Below, in pieces: positions 28,047 through 36,926 of a stretch of DNA of 64,000 nucleotides; the first letter of the stretch is position 1, and every line of letters begins with the position of its first letter. Under the pieces are notes generated by a model. It saw only the letters and a program-made list of their open reading frames with translations. It did not search any database and was not told the DNA's origin. A program made the position numbers and the translations under genes. Origin of the DNA: a virus (taxonomy: Duplodnaviria; Caudoviricetes); the IMG/VR virus record IMGVR_UViG_3300039167_000005, positions 19,298 to 83,297 of that record; one strand, written 5' to 3'.

Positions 28047-28355
28047 ATGAACAAAATGCAAAAGCTGATCCGTCAAGTTGTGATCTCCTCCGTTGATCTT
28101 TCGGGGCGCGATGGTCAGACTTTGGCACAAGTGTATGACGCCGAATATGGCTATCATGGCCTGCCCACCCCTGAGCGTTGCCGTGACTACCTGCAAGGTT
28201 TGCCGAGTGTTTGCACGGTTCCTTTCATGAATGCCGACATTCTTGCCATTCTGGAAGCTGAAGGCATCACGAAAAAGACAGAAAAAGGTCGGCAAGGTCT
28301 GGTTGACCTGTATTGGCTGGAGGCTGGCAACCAATTCTGGCATCTGATAAAATAA
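28047..28355 (+). CDS. conserved early phage protein
   Basis: AAGGA RBS; YLQGLPSVCTVPF. Confidence 0.75.
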   Translation: MNKMQKLIRQVVISSVDLSGRDGQTLAQVYDAEYGYHGLPTPERCRDYLQGLPSVCTVPFMNADILAILEAEGITKKTEKGRQGLVDLYWLEAGNQFWHLIK

Positions 28356-28358
28356 TGC

Positions 28359-28387
28359 TTGACAGGGCGCCGGAAGCTATCTAATAT
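28359..28387 (+). promoter_or_regulatory. early sigma70 promoter
   Basis: TTGACA-17-TAATAT. Confidence 0.85.
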
Positions 28388-28455
28388 AAACCACGTAACA
28401 CAGTCTAGAGTTTAGCAGTCCTAGGCATTTAAACCTAAAACCAAAAGGTGACAAA

Positions 28456-28590
28456 ATGAAACAAGCCAACGCCAAACAATTCGCCAACGATTGGAGCTAC
28501 GAGCAAGAGCGACGCCAAGAGAAAAAGCGTCACACTGAGTTTCGTAAGATGCGGCAAAGTAAGCGTAACGTGTGGCAGGCGGCAGAATAA
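28456..28590 (+). CDS. small basic early protein (44 aa)
   Basis: AAGGT RBS; K/R-rich; ends R..W.AAE. Confidence 0.6.
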   Translation: MKQANAKQFANDWSYEQERRQEKKRHTEFRKMRQSKRNVWQAAE

Positions 28591-28608
28591 GCTAAGCTGT
28601 AAAATGCA

Positions 28609-28636
28609 AGGCCCGGCTTGTGTCGGGCTTTCTTTT
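28609..28636 (+). terminator. Rho-independent terminator
   Basis: GCCCGGC-TTGT-GTCGGGC followed by TTTCTTTT. Confidence 0.8.
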
Positions 28637-28658
28637 GTCTGAAATATAAGGCTAGATT

Positions 28659-29294
28659 ATGGGTGAGCGTCTTTATATTGTACCGACTTGGGTAGGTGCT
28701 GCCTCCGATCAATACCATGGCGGGGCGGGGATTCGTAGACGGGACGGCGGTGGGTCTGTAGGTCTGTCTTATGACAAATCTACGGGGGAAATTTATAGTG
28801 AGACGGACCTATATAAACCCAACGGCGCTGCAAACGTTGCTTTGTTCGGGCAAATTGACGAAACAAAAGCCGCACTAGGCCGGCTCTGGAAAGCATCGAA
28901 GCAAAAGCGTATCGACATTGACACACTAGACGAATTGTGCGAGCTATTGCACAAACATTCCCTAGACGTTAGTCCCGACGATTATGCTCACTTACACTAT
29001 CAGTTAGAGTCGAAGCGTCATGCCTCCTTTATGGCTAGCCTCTCGCCAGATGAAAGGGAGGAAGTAGAAAAGGAGGAGCAGCTAGAGTACGTCAAAGCAC
29101 ACGCTGATAAACACCCTTTGTTGGCGCTTTCGCTGGGGATTCAACCTAGCCTACAGACTATCAGGCAGCTAGAGCGGGAAGGCTTCCTAGCGCCTTCTGG
29201 TGGGCTTGCAAACGTCGATTGGTGGGAGCTAGTAAAGACGGTTGGCGGTTGGCTGTTGATTGTTCTAGTGGCGTGGAAAATATTTTCTCTTTGA
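28659..29294 (+). CDS. hypothetical protein with C-terminal membrane anchor
   Basis: 211-aa ORF; weak RBS. Confidence 0.6.
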   Translation: MGERLYIVPTWVGAASDQYHGGAGIRRRDGGGSVGLSYDKSTGEIYSETDLYKPNGAANVALFGQIDETKAALGRLWKASKQKRIDIDTLDELCELLHKHSLDVSPDDYAHLHYQLESKRHASFMASLSPDEREEVEKEEQLEYVKAHADKHPLLALSLGIQPSLQTIRQLEREGFLAPSGGLANVDWWELVKTVGGWLLIVLVAWKIFSL

Positions 29295-29297
29295 CTA

Positions 29298-29325
29298 TTG
29301 ACAGACTCTCGCAAGGCTGTAGAAT
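29298..29325 (+). promoter_or_regulatory. early sigma70 promoter
   Basis: TTGACA-16-TAGAAT with TG extension. Confidence 0.7.
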
Positions 29326-29374
29326 GGCAGCCACAAGGGAGACAATCAGCCTCCCAGCCTAAAGGAAAGCGAGA

Positions 29375-29620
29375 ATGAAAACCTTCCATATCTACATTAC
29401 CGACCTGTTTTGTGGTGAACTGAATTATTCCAGTCTCACGAAATTCAAGGTGACAGCCAACACCGAGCGCGGGGCTGTTTGCAAAGTTTCCAAATATACA
29501 TGCCTGAATTTCCGCAAATACGATTCCGACCTCTATCACAGCACCACAAAGCTCTCGGGGCTTGTAATTGAATCTGAAGATTTCCTTTCCTATGACTACG
29601 AAGGCGCGATTGAAATTTAA
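29375..29620 (+). CDS. early hypothetical protein
   Basis: AAGGA RBS. Confidence 0.7.
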   Translation: MKTFHIYITDLFCGELNYSSLTKFKVTANTERGAVCKVSKYTCLNFRKYDSDLYHSTTKLSGLVIESEDFLSYDYEGAIEI

Positions 29621-29623
29621 AGC

Positions 29624-29652
29624 TTGACACCCTAGGCGGTGGTCTTCATACT
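29624..29652 (+). promoter_or_regulatory. early sigma70 promoter
   Basis: TTGACA-17-CATACT. Confidence 0.75.
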
Positions 29653-29691
29653 GTCGCCATCCTAAACAGAATCAAAACAGGAATAAAGAAA

Positions 29692-30102
29692 ATGTCTGAC
29701 GCAAAGAACCAAGCAAAAGCCCATGTAAAATCTATCGTTTCCCTCATCCAATGCCTGAATTGGGATTGGGACGGGCACGACGTGGAAGATGAACTCCCGC
29801 ACCCTCTTGACTATCAATCCCGCGAGGAAGTGGAACAAGCCATCCAAGAAAAGCCGCTTTCGGTGGAAGTGCGAGAGCATTGGCACGCAGTAGGAGAAAA
29901 GGTTGAAGCTGTAGAATTCCGCATTCTCCTATGCTGGGGCGGGCCTTCTGTCGAAATTCGAGGCGTACTTGGTTTGCATGGGCATCCGGAAAACGTCAAA
30001 GTATTTTATGCTGAATGGGGTGATTCCGGGGAGTATGTCCTTTCCGAAGAAGAGCGGGAAGCTGTAGAACAATTCTGCCAGCAATTCTACTTTGGCGAAT
30101 AA
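29692..30102 (+). CDS. conserved early phage protein
   Basis: PLSVEVR...FRILLCWGGPSVEIRG. Confidence 0.75.
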   Translation: MSDAKNQAKAHVKSIVSLIQCLNWDWDGHDVEDELPHPLDYQSREEVEQAIQEKPLSVEVREHWHAVGEKVEAVEFRILLCWGGPSVEIRGVLGLHGHPENVKVFYAEWGDSGEYVLSEEEREAVEQFCQQFYFGE

Positions 30103-30126
30103 AGCTTAAATTTTAGCGTCTCAGGC

Positions 30127-30156
30127 TTGACAGTGTGGGGCGCTAATGTGTAGGCT
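30127..30156 (+). promoter_or_regulatory. early sigma70 promoter
   Basis: TTGACA-18-TAGGCT. Confidence 0.6.
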
Positions 30157-30187
30157 TTGACTGTCTTAAACGTACAGGGTAACATCA

Positions 30188-30559
30188 ATGTGCATTCTGA
30201 CCCTTCCAATGCCTCCCGACCAGATGACTACAGGCGATATCATGCGCCTTGCACACAGGATAGCGAAGCAAGCACACAAGGTTGGTGAGTGCTACGCTGT
30301 GACGTTTGGCGCTTCCTTGCGGCTGGTATATCAGATGCTCAAAGCTAAACCTGTGCAATCTACGCTTTCCATTGCCACACTTACAGTGGCATCCTTTGTC
30401 GTCTTGTATTGCCTAGGTTTCACTGGCTACAGCTTGGAAGCTGGGAGCATTGGCTATGCCATCCTATTCTCTATCTTTGCTGCAATTTCCGCTTTTGTGG
30501 GGTTGACGGCAGCAAAGGAAGGGTTTAAAATCCGTCTCAACATCAGCAAGCAAGCCTAA
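30188..30559 (+). CDS. early membrane protein
   Basis: two C-terminal hydrophobic helices; start uncertain. Confidence 0.6.
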   Translation: MCILTLPMPPDQMTTGDIMRLAHRIAKQAHKVGECYAVTFGASLRLVYQMLKAKPVQSTLSIATLTVASFVVLYCLGFTGYSLEAGSIGYAILFSIFAAISAFVGLTAAKEGFKIRLNISKQA

Positions 30560-30578
30560 CAGGCTAGGAAGGAAAGAA

Positions 30579-30860
30579 ATGCAAAAATTTGACTATGAAT
30601 TCACTCGCGTCAACAATGATGTAAACGGCAATCCCCGTTATGTCGTACACTACCTTGCCCTCCTGACCGACAAAGAAAAGTATGGTCCTTACCTGTCTAA
30701 TGGCTACGAAATTGCCCTGAAACGTTCCCGCGCTTTCGGTGGCAAGAAGTATCGCGGCAAAGACTACGGCGGTGGAATTGTGTTCCAAAGCTATAACACG
30801 CAATTCGAGGCTGAAAGGATTGCGCGCATTGTAGAGCAAGCAAGCAAAGAACAAGAATAA
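30579..30860 (+). CDS. conserved early phage protein
   Basis: NDVNGNPRYVVH...GGGIVFQSYN. Confidence 0.75.
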   Translation: MQKFDYEFTRVNNDVNGNPRYVVHYLALLTDKEKYGPYLSNGYEIALKRSRAFGGKKYRGKDYGGGIVFQSYNTQFEAERIARIVEQASKEQE

Positions 30861-30935
30861 CACTAGTGTCTCAAATCAAGCGGCTTAGAGATAGGTCGCT
30901 TCGCTGGAAACACTAAACAATTAAAGGGCTAGACT

Positions 30936-31157
30936 ATGTATTCCGTTGAAGTGGTGAGCGTGTTTAATCGTGACAATGATGAAACCACTTATTATAAAGG
31001 AACAAAGGAAGGTTTGCAGCGTATCAACAGGTCTGAATATACGCGACTTGATTCTCTGGCTTTTGATTCCGACACTTTCTACACTGCCACCAGCGGGTCT
31101 TTGATCCGCAACGGTAAGATTCTGAAGTTTCTGTATAATCCGTTTAAGGAAGTGTAA
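30936..31157 (+). CDS. early hypothetical protein
   Basis: ORF followed by a terminator. Confidence 0.65.
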   Translation: MYSVEVVSVFNRDNDETTYYKGTKEGLQRINRSEYTRLDSLAFDSDTFYTATSGSLIRNGKILKFLYNPFKEV

Positions 31158-31163
31158 CCACAC

Positions 31164-31189
31164 AGCCCGCTTTACGCGGGCTTTCTTTT
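31164..31189 (+). terminator. Rho-independent terminator
   Basis: AGCCCGC stem with GCGGGCT followed by a T-run. Confidence 0.8.
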
Positions 31190-31215
31190 GCCTGTGAGAA
31201 TCTTACAAAAATAGC

Positions 31216-31244
31216 TTGACAGCTTGGGGCGTAGTCTCTAGAAT
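31216..31244 (+). promoter_or_regulatory. early sigma70 promoter
   Basis: TTGACA-17-TAGAAT. Confidence 0.85.
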
Positions 31245-31283
31245 CCATCCTATCGAAAGCAAACGAGTAAAGGAAACGTCATA

Positions 31284-31466
31284 ATGTTCTTCGACAAAGT
31301 AAGTGGTTTTTGGGTTGAATCTACTTTTAAAGCGATGGCTCCGAAGATTGGAGAAATTCGCTTAATAAATTGCGGTGGCCCGTGGTCTTGTATTCGCGTT
31401 GAGGTGGTTAAAATTGAAGATATCGGTATTGACAGAGTTCGCGTCTTTGCCGAGGAGGTTAAATAA
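31284..31466 (+). CDS. early hypothetical protein
   Basis: AAGGA RBS. Confidence 0.6.
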   Translation: MFFDKVSGFWVESTFKAMAPKIGEIRLINCGGPWSCIRVEVVKIEDIGIDRVRVFAEEVK

Positions 31467-31711
31467 TGCGATACATCAACAAAAACGCCATCCATGTTAA
31501 AGCTGTTCAGATTGGCCGCGCAAGTAAAAACAACATGAAAAGGACTGCCAACCGCCTGGCGGCCTGCAACGTTGATAATCAAGTAGATAACACCCTGTCC
31601 ACACTAAAGCCTGAAGCTTGGAAATTTAACGATGAGACGATAATTGAGGCATGCGCCCGCCGTCTTTGGCAAGACTTCTGTCAAGCGGAGATTAACTTAC
31701 AGACGAGATAA
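31466..31711 (+). CDS. early hypothetical protein
   Basis: GAGGAGG RBS; TAATG overlap. Confidence 0.65.
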   Translation: MRYINKNAIHVKAVQIGRASKNNMKRTANRLAACNVDNQVDNTLSTLKPEAWKFNDETIIEACARRLWQDFCQAEINLQTR

Positions 31712-31737
31712 CAATCGAAAATAAATGCAAAAGATGC

Positions 31738-31766
31738 TTGACATCCTGGGCGCAAGTAAGTAAGAT
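31738..31766 (+). promoter_or_regulatory. early sigma70 promoter
   Basis: TTGACA-17-TAAGAT. Confidence 0.85.
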
Positions 31767-31931
31767 GGCGCCTATAGCAAACAAACACAGGAACGCAAGC
31801 CAATGTCCTCTCGTCAAATTGCAATAATCCAAGAAACTCGCCTAATGACTGGCTTCCTTAATCTTGCTGGGATGATGTTTGTTAGCTCGGTTATGTCTTT
31901 TATTCAACTTGTAGTGTGAGGAGTGTTGGAG

Positions 31932-32189
31932 ATGAACGATTGGCATAATGTTTACATTACAGACAAAAGCGGTAAAAAGTTTTTCAACACCCACGCTTCG
32001 CGGTAGGCCACCGCATCCGAGATTAAGAACATCTCCCGACACTTGGAGGCAATCAAAGCGGGTCATCCGTCTTATGCCAAATGTGGCATTAACCGCGAAA
32101 CGGTAACCCTGCTGTTAGACGGTAGCCCTTACGTTTCGCTAGATGACATCCTGTCAGATGATGATTTGCTAGCAGAGCTAGAGAACTGA
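31932..32189 (+). pseudogene. early gene with an in-frame amber stop
   Basis: GGAG RBS; 85-codon frame with a single TAG at 32004-32006; ends DDDLLAELEN. Confidence 0.65.
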
Positions 32190-32197
32190 GCCCTTAC

Positions 32198-32226
32198 AAG
32201 CCCCCAAGTTAAGGGGGCTTTTCTTT
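32198..32226 (+). terminator. Rho-independent terminator ending the early block
   Basis: AAGCCCCC-AAGTTAA-GGGGGCTT followed by a T-run. Confidence 0.8.
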
Positions 32227-32229
32227 ATC

Positions 32230-33385
32230 TGCTAAATACTCCCTGTCCCTATGTACATAATTATTTACTCTTTGTTTAAGTAATTAAACATCTATCCTTC
32301 CTTCCTTCTAGTCCCCCTTCACCCTTCCTCTAGTACCTCTTCTAGTATCCTCCTATAAGCCCCTCATTCAAGCGTTCTACGCTTAGTCCATAGCTACCTA
32401 TAGCCATACCCTCTAAACGTCTGTAAGCCTTCCTGCAAGCGTTCTACGCTTAAGAGGGGACACTCAAAGGCGTATGCCTTTAGGGATGTCTATTTCTCCC
32501 ATTAGGCTATCGGGAAGGCGTACACATTCGGAAAGAATGGGTTAAGCCTGACCATCCCAAGCTCGCGCATTCTGCGCTCTAGCCTCCCCATACGCCACCC
32601 CAGTGGCAGTCTAACCCCTCTTATCTGCGTTGCAGATAGCTATAAACCCCTCCTGATCCTTCCAATACCCTCCAAATCACACTCTAGGATCATTCGTACC
32701 ATTACGTACTACTGTATCGAGTGGGACGCTCAAAAGGTCATTATCCCTGTCATATACCCTCTCACATAAGATAACCCTTAATTATCACATGTGAGACTCT
32801 AGGGTATGACTGAAGGTGGAATACTCTCGAAGTGTACTGAATACGTACAAGAAGGGAACAGGAATAACTCTTAGATATTTCTAGATTATCAGATAAGGGT
32901 GGTTATCATTTGTGGGTAGTGCTAAGCACATCAGATAGATATCTAAGATTTTAAGGATAGTCATAGCTGCTGGATATCTGGTTCCCAGAAACGTATCCTT
33001 CTAGGGACACTAGATATTCCCCATAAGGATATTTCCTAAGACACTGAATACTACGAGAGGATATTTAGAGGGGGTGGTTTAAACTTTCAGTTTAGAATGG
33101 TGGGGTAGGATGTCCTATTAGTGCATCGCACTAGGATATTTTAAACACTCAAAAAGAAAGCCTCCCTACCATAAGCAAGGAGGCTTTATAATGCTTAGGG
33201 ATACACCTTAATGTGGGATATTAGGTGTTATAGTGCCTAAAGTGAGAGATTGATGATGGTGTGTATTTAGTCTCTACCATCTCTATTACTAATTATAGAT
33301 TCTTTAAGGAACGTACCTCCACAGACCCCGCAAAATAAGGCATTCCAGAGATCAAGTCCATTTCAGATAGGGGTCGAGTTGGACT
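32230..33385. other. 1.15-kb non-coding region, candidate genome terminus or terminal repeat
   Basis: no ORF of 60 aa or more; C/T-rich then G/A-rich; duplicated palindrome AAGCGTTCTACGCTT; eight RGATAT copies. Confidence 0.5.
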
Positions 33386-33389
33386 ACGC

Positions 33390-34631
33390 CTATTTGTCCA
33401 GTTCTAACCACTCTTTAAGAAGTCCTTCCATTCGTTCAGACAGGATGTACACCCACATATCTTTGTGTTCTCGTATACATCCTCTGAATACAAACTGTAC
33501 TAACTCTGATAGAGCGTAAAGGTCATCATTGATATGAACGCCAAACTGAGCAAGGTGAGAGTCTAAGCTACCATTAGGGTAAATGTTTACTGTGTAAATA
33601 CAATTGACACAATCTCGGTATTCGTTACTAGCTCTCATATTCTTGGAGACAAAAGGTTCTCTTAGTTCCCCTCTGATTTTCTTTGCTCGTGTGTATCCAG
33701 TGCCGGTTAGTTTGTGTCTGTAGTCTTTGAATGTGGTCCAGAACACCTCACCCTTAGGCATTTGCCTCTTTAGTGTTGTTTCGATACTAGCCCTCACAGC
33801 AGAGAGAGTTTCGTCTGTTTGTCTCTGATACCAAGTTACATTGAATGCTGATCGAGAGTACAAGCCTTGATGTGTTCTTTGTAAGTCTGTAATCAGTTTT
33901 GTTCTTGGAACGAAGTGAAGCTTCTCCCGGAGGATTTGTTTGATCTCCGCTGGGCTTCTCATCTGCTCAGGGTAGTGGTATTCCCAGTCCATTGAGTTTA
34001 GTTGTAGCCAACTGTGCATCAAACTACCTTCAAACAAGTAGGTGAGGATAGTGGTGGACTCACATGCTTTGATGCAAGTAGGTGGGATTCTCTGGATTAG
34101 AACATCATCTCCATACAACCACAAACACCCTAGTTGGCAGAGTTCTTTTACTCTGATATCTCTCCCATTATATCCTCCCCATTTCTCATCGTTCCAAGAT
34201 AGCTGACCATTAGAACCGCATATCACCATCCCTGCTAGAATTAGAAACTTTACATCTTCGTGGTGTATGTCATCGTAGAACGTAACAAGATCAATTGTTT
34301 CATCAATCACTAGATGATATTTCTGTTCCTTGAGCACCATTGCCACTTCCACGTTAAAGTCTGTGAACAGTTTGTGAGTGATGGCTATATTGTACCCTCT
34401 CCTCGCCATGCGTAAAAAGTCAGCACGCTTTGAGGGTGTGCTAGAAGGGGATTTGAAGTTTAGCTCTGGGAGTTCATTCTGGATACGTCCTTTTGTACTT
34501 CCGTCTCCTGCTTCATCTAAGTAAGGACTGACAAATAACCACTTCCTGTCTGGATACTTTCTCATCTCGTCAAATATCCATGTTGTTTTCCCTGCACCAC
34601 ATACAGCATCGACAACTCTAATCTTTGTCAC
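33390..34631 (-). CDS. SF2 helicase-like P-loop ATPase
   Basis: VVDAVCGAGKT, FVSPY, LVIDET, ILTY motifs. Confidence 0.65.
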   Translation of the reverse strand: MTKIRVVDAVCGAGKTTWIFDEMRKYPDRKWLFVSPYLDEAGDGSTKGRIQNELPELNFKSPSSTPSKRADFLRMARRGYNIAITHKLFTDFNVEVAMVLKEQKYHLVIDETIDLVTFYDDIHHEDVKFLILAGMVICGSNGQLSWNDEKWGGYNGRDIRVKELCQLGCLWLYGDDVLIQRIPPTCIKACESTTILTYLFEGSLMHSWLQLNSMDWEYHYPEQMRSPAEIKQILREKLHFVPRTKLITDLQRTHQGLYSRSAFNVTWYQRQTDETLSAVRASIETTLKRQMPKGEVFWTTFKDYRHKLTGTGYTRAKKIRGELREPFVSKNMRASNEYRDCVNCIYTVNIYPNGSLDSHLAQFGVHINDDLYALSELVQFVFRGCIREHKDMWVYILSERMEGLLKEWLELDK

Positions 34632-34661
34632 TCAATCTTTTCTCCTATAATAAGAAAACCC

Positions 34662-34856
34662 TCAATTAAGAGGGTTCCCGTCTACATCACATTGAATGGG
34701 TACATCCGCGATAGTGGAATTCCAGAAAGAGATGGCTCCACAATTCCCACACTCCCAAGAATATCCCCAATCTTCCTGTTGGATGAATATATTCATGCCC
34801 TCATCCATTATTTTAGACAACCGTTTGTTACATCCTGGACACTTCAAATCACACAT
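34662..34856 (-). CDS. small zinc-ribbon protein
   Basis: CPGC...CGNC. Confidence 0.6.
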   Translation of the reverse strand: MCDLKCPGCNKRLSKIMDEGMNIFIQQEDWGYSWECGNCGAISFWNSTIADVPIQCDVDGNPLN

Positions 34857-34894
34857 TTAAACTTCTCTATTTAGTCCAACCCAACTCCTTAAAC

Positions 34895-35284
34895 CTATTC
34901 TCCACCAATTGCTGCCTTACTAAATGTCCGAACAGTAACCACCTTCTGTTCTTCTACACAATCTAGGAAGTATGCGTATTCCATCCAATCAATTTCTTCT
35001 GGGCATCCGTGCTTACCTCCTCCATACCAGTAAGTCCAGCCCACCCATTGCCCATTAGGGGCTTTAGCTGCTACTGACTTGCTTTCGTAGTGGCGACAAT
35101 ATTCCGAAGGAATGTTTGTCTCTACATCTCCTTCTCGTGTTTCACTTGTCGCGTCACTCAGGCAAGATTCCTGATCGTACAACTCATCCACTTCCTCTCC
35201 CGTGAGATTGATGGGAATTTCCTTCCCGTCCCAACGGTATTGTGTTTCTAGGATGATGTACTTAACTGCTTGTTCTGGTGTCAT
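34895..35284 (-). CDS. hypothetical protein
   Basis: GGAGG RBS, coupled ORF. Confidence 0.7.
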   Translation of the reverse strand: MTPEQAVKYIILETQYRWDGKEIPINLTGEEVDELYDQESCLSDATSETREGDVETNIPSEYCRHYESKSVAAKAPNGQWVGWTYWYGGGKHGCPEEIDWMEYAYFLDCVEEQKVVTVRTFSKAAIGGE

Positions 35285-35544
35285 TTCATACCCTCCATCA
35301 ATTCCTGATACTTCGCTGGTTCATCTTCTGAGTAACACGTAAAACCCCAACGACAATCAGGGCAACCCACCTCTACCTTAGACCCATAAGAATAATCGTA
35401 GTCAAATTCTACAGTTTTGTTCGTATGCGGACAAGAATCTTGTAGGACTTTCAAGGAATCGGCATACTTTTCCTGTACAGGTTTCATCTCTTCAGAGAAC
35501 TTCCTCTTGATTTCTAAATATTGCTTTTGGATTTCGTTCATCAT
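35281..35544 (-). CDS. hypothetical protein
   Basis: CPH...CPDC; coupled ORF. Confidence 0.65.
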   Translation of the reverse strand: MMNEIQKQYLEIKRKFSEEMKPVQEKYADSLKVLQDSCPHTNKTVEFDYDYSYGSKVEVGCPDCRWGFTCYSEDEPAKYQELMEGMK

Positions 35545-36050
35545 TTTACTCCTTTACCAGACAAGGCTTCGTCTGCCGTTTCAATAATGTGCCAAAGCGC
35601 GTCTGCCATTGCCTGCTCGTTCTGGTCACGGTTCCAGTATTCACGGATATGTTCCAGCGCCTCAACTAGCGCTCTATCGGGGTCTGCTGTATAAAGTGGC
35701 ATAGTACAAGGCATCGTATCTTCCTCCACTTGAACCAACGGGCCTTCCACACAAGTCCTGACGAAATACCCTACAGGTTCCTCCCTTTTCAAATCAATCA
35801 TTCCAGAACAGATAAGCCTATCAGCGTGTCCGCTTGGATGTTCTCCCCTGTTCCAATAACCTTTCTGTATGATGGAAAAGCTCCCGTCCATGTAAAGTTC
35901 TGAGGCGAAAATATCCGTGCTATCCACACAGGCGTCTTCTAGCTCTCCTAGCAGACTCACAGCGTCCTTCATTGAAATCTTACCGAGATCAGTTTGTTTG
36001 TGCCCATTAAATTCATCTGGACAATTTAAAAGAAATTCAGCTAATTTCAT
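35541..36050 (-). CDS. hypothetical protein
   Basis: 169 aa, coupled ORF. Confidence 0.7.
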   Translation of the reverse strand: MKLAEFLLNCPDEFNGHKQTDLGKISMKDAVSLLGELEDACVDSTDIFASELYMDGSFSIIQKGYWNRGEHPSGHADRLICSGMIDLKREEPVGYFVRTCVEGPLVQVEEDTMPCTMPLYTADPDRALVEALEHIREYWNRDQNEQAMADALWHIIETADEALSGKGVK

Positions 36051-36436
36051 TGTTGAACCGCCTTATAGTAGTCTACTTCTCTCACATAAAACCTTGCATT
36101 CGCCTCGTTCCGGTCTCCAGATAGGTTGGGATACTTCTCGCACACTTTAAGTAGCAGGGCGTCTTCAATCCTCTGAACCTCGTCCCAGAAGGCGTCAGAG
36201 TCATACTCAATCTCGGCTTTCCTGCAAACGTGGTTATAAGCGAAGTCTGGGATTCTGCGGTTAAGCTTATAAACATGCTCATCGTAACAGGGGACACTCT
36301 GTTCTGACTTAATCTTAAAGTCCTCGGCATCTTTCTCCGATTCGAACACTCCCTCCACCCACTCGTAACCAGCATCGTAAGGGTCGTCCCAACTGTGGCC
36401 AATTACTGCGTAAGCTTTAATCTTCCGCATGTTCAT
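36047..36436 (-). CDS. hypothetical protein
   Basis: likely start MNMRKIKAY within ORF 36047-36514. Confidence 0.65.
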   Translation of the reverse strand: MNMRKIKAYAVIGHSWDDPYDAGYEWVEGVFESEKDAEDFKIKSEQSVPCYDEHVYKLNRRIPDFAYNHVCRKAEIEYDSDAFWDEVQRIEDALLLKVCEKYPNLSGDRNEANARFYVREVDYYKAVQQ

Positions 36437-36714
36437 TCTCCGTGTCTGGATAGTTGATGATTTTTTACAATAGGTTTTGACTTCCGTCCAGTTTTCCCTA
36501 CTCCGCTTGTCCACCTGTGAAAATCTCTCCGTAGGAAATCATCAATGCGACTTTGAGCCTCTTCCGAGGTGAATATATAATCACTTGCTGTGAGGCACGG
36601 TCGGATAAATTGCCAACCCAAGATAAAACCTAGCCTATATTCCGCATAATACTTGGTGACACCGTTCTTAATCACCTGCTTAATTCTAGTTTCCGGTTTC
36701 TTATACCTCTTCAT
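36433..36714 (-). CDS. hypothetical protein
   Basis: likely start MKRYKKP after GGAGG. Confidence 0.55.
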   Translation of the reverse strand: MKRYKKPETRIKQVIKNGVTKYYAEYRLGFILGWQFIRPCLTASDYIFTSEEAQSRIDDFLRRDFHRWTSGVGKTGRKSKPIVKNHQLSRHGE

Positions 36715-36910
36715 ACACCTCCTCCACACTTTGGAGAATAACAGCCCAGCTATCATAATTTCCACTAGGATTGCCCATCATGCCTTTAACTTTTTGCGTA
36801 GCGTCTTCTTTTGTTGTAGCATACACAGTCACCTGAGCACAAGAACCCCACTGTGTGGCGTAATAACCCTTGGAGTCTTTCTCTGCCACGCTCATGTTGA
36901 ATTTAAACAT
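36701..36910 (-). CDS. hypothetical protein
   Basis: AGGAG RBS. Confidence 0.65.
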   Translation of the reverse strand: MFKFNMSVAEKDSKGYYATQWGSCAQVTVYATTKEDATQKVKGMMGNPSGNYDSWAVILQSVEEVYEEV

Positions 36911-36926
36911 TATTTCAAATCTCCTC

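Noticed and set aside
32004-32006. Genome-wide TAG reassignment suggested by the in-frame amber
   Set aside because: TAG terminates normal genes (e.g. 1652, 55204), coding density is full under code 11, and no suppressor tRNA is in the window.
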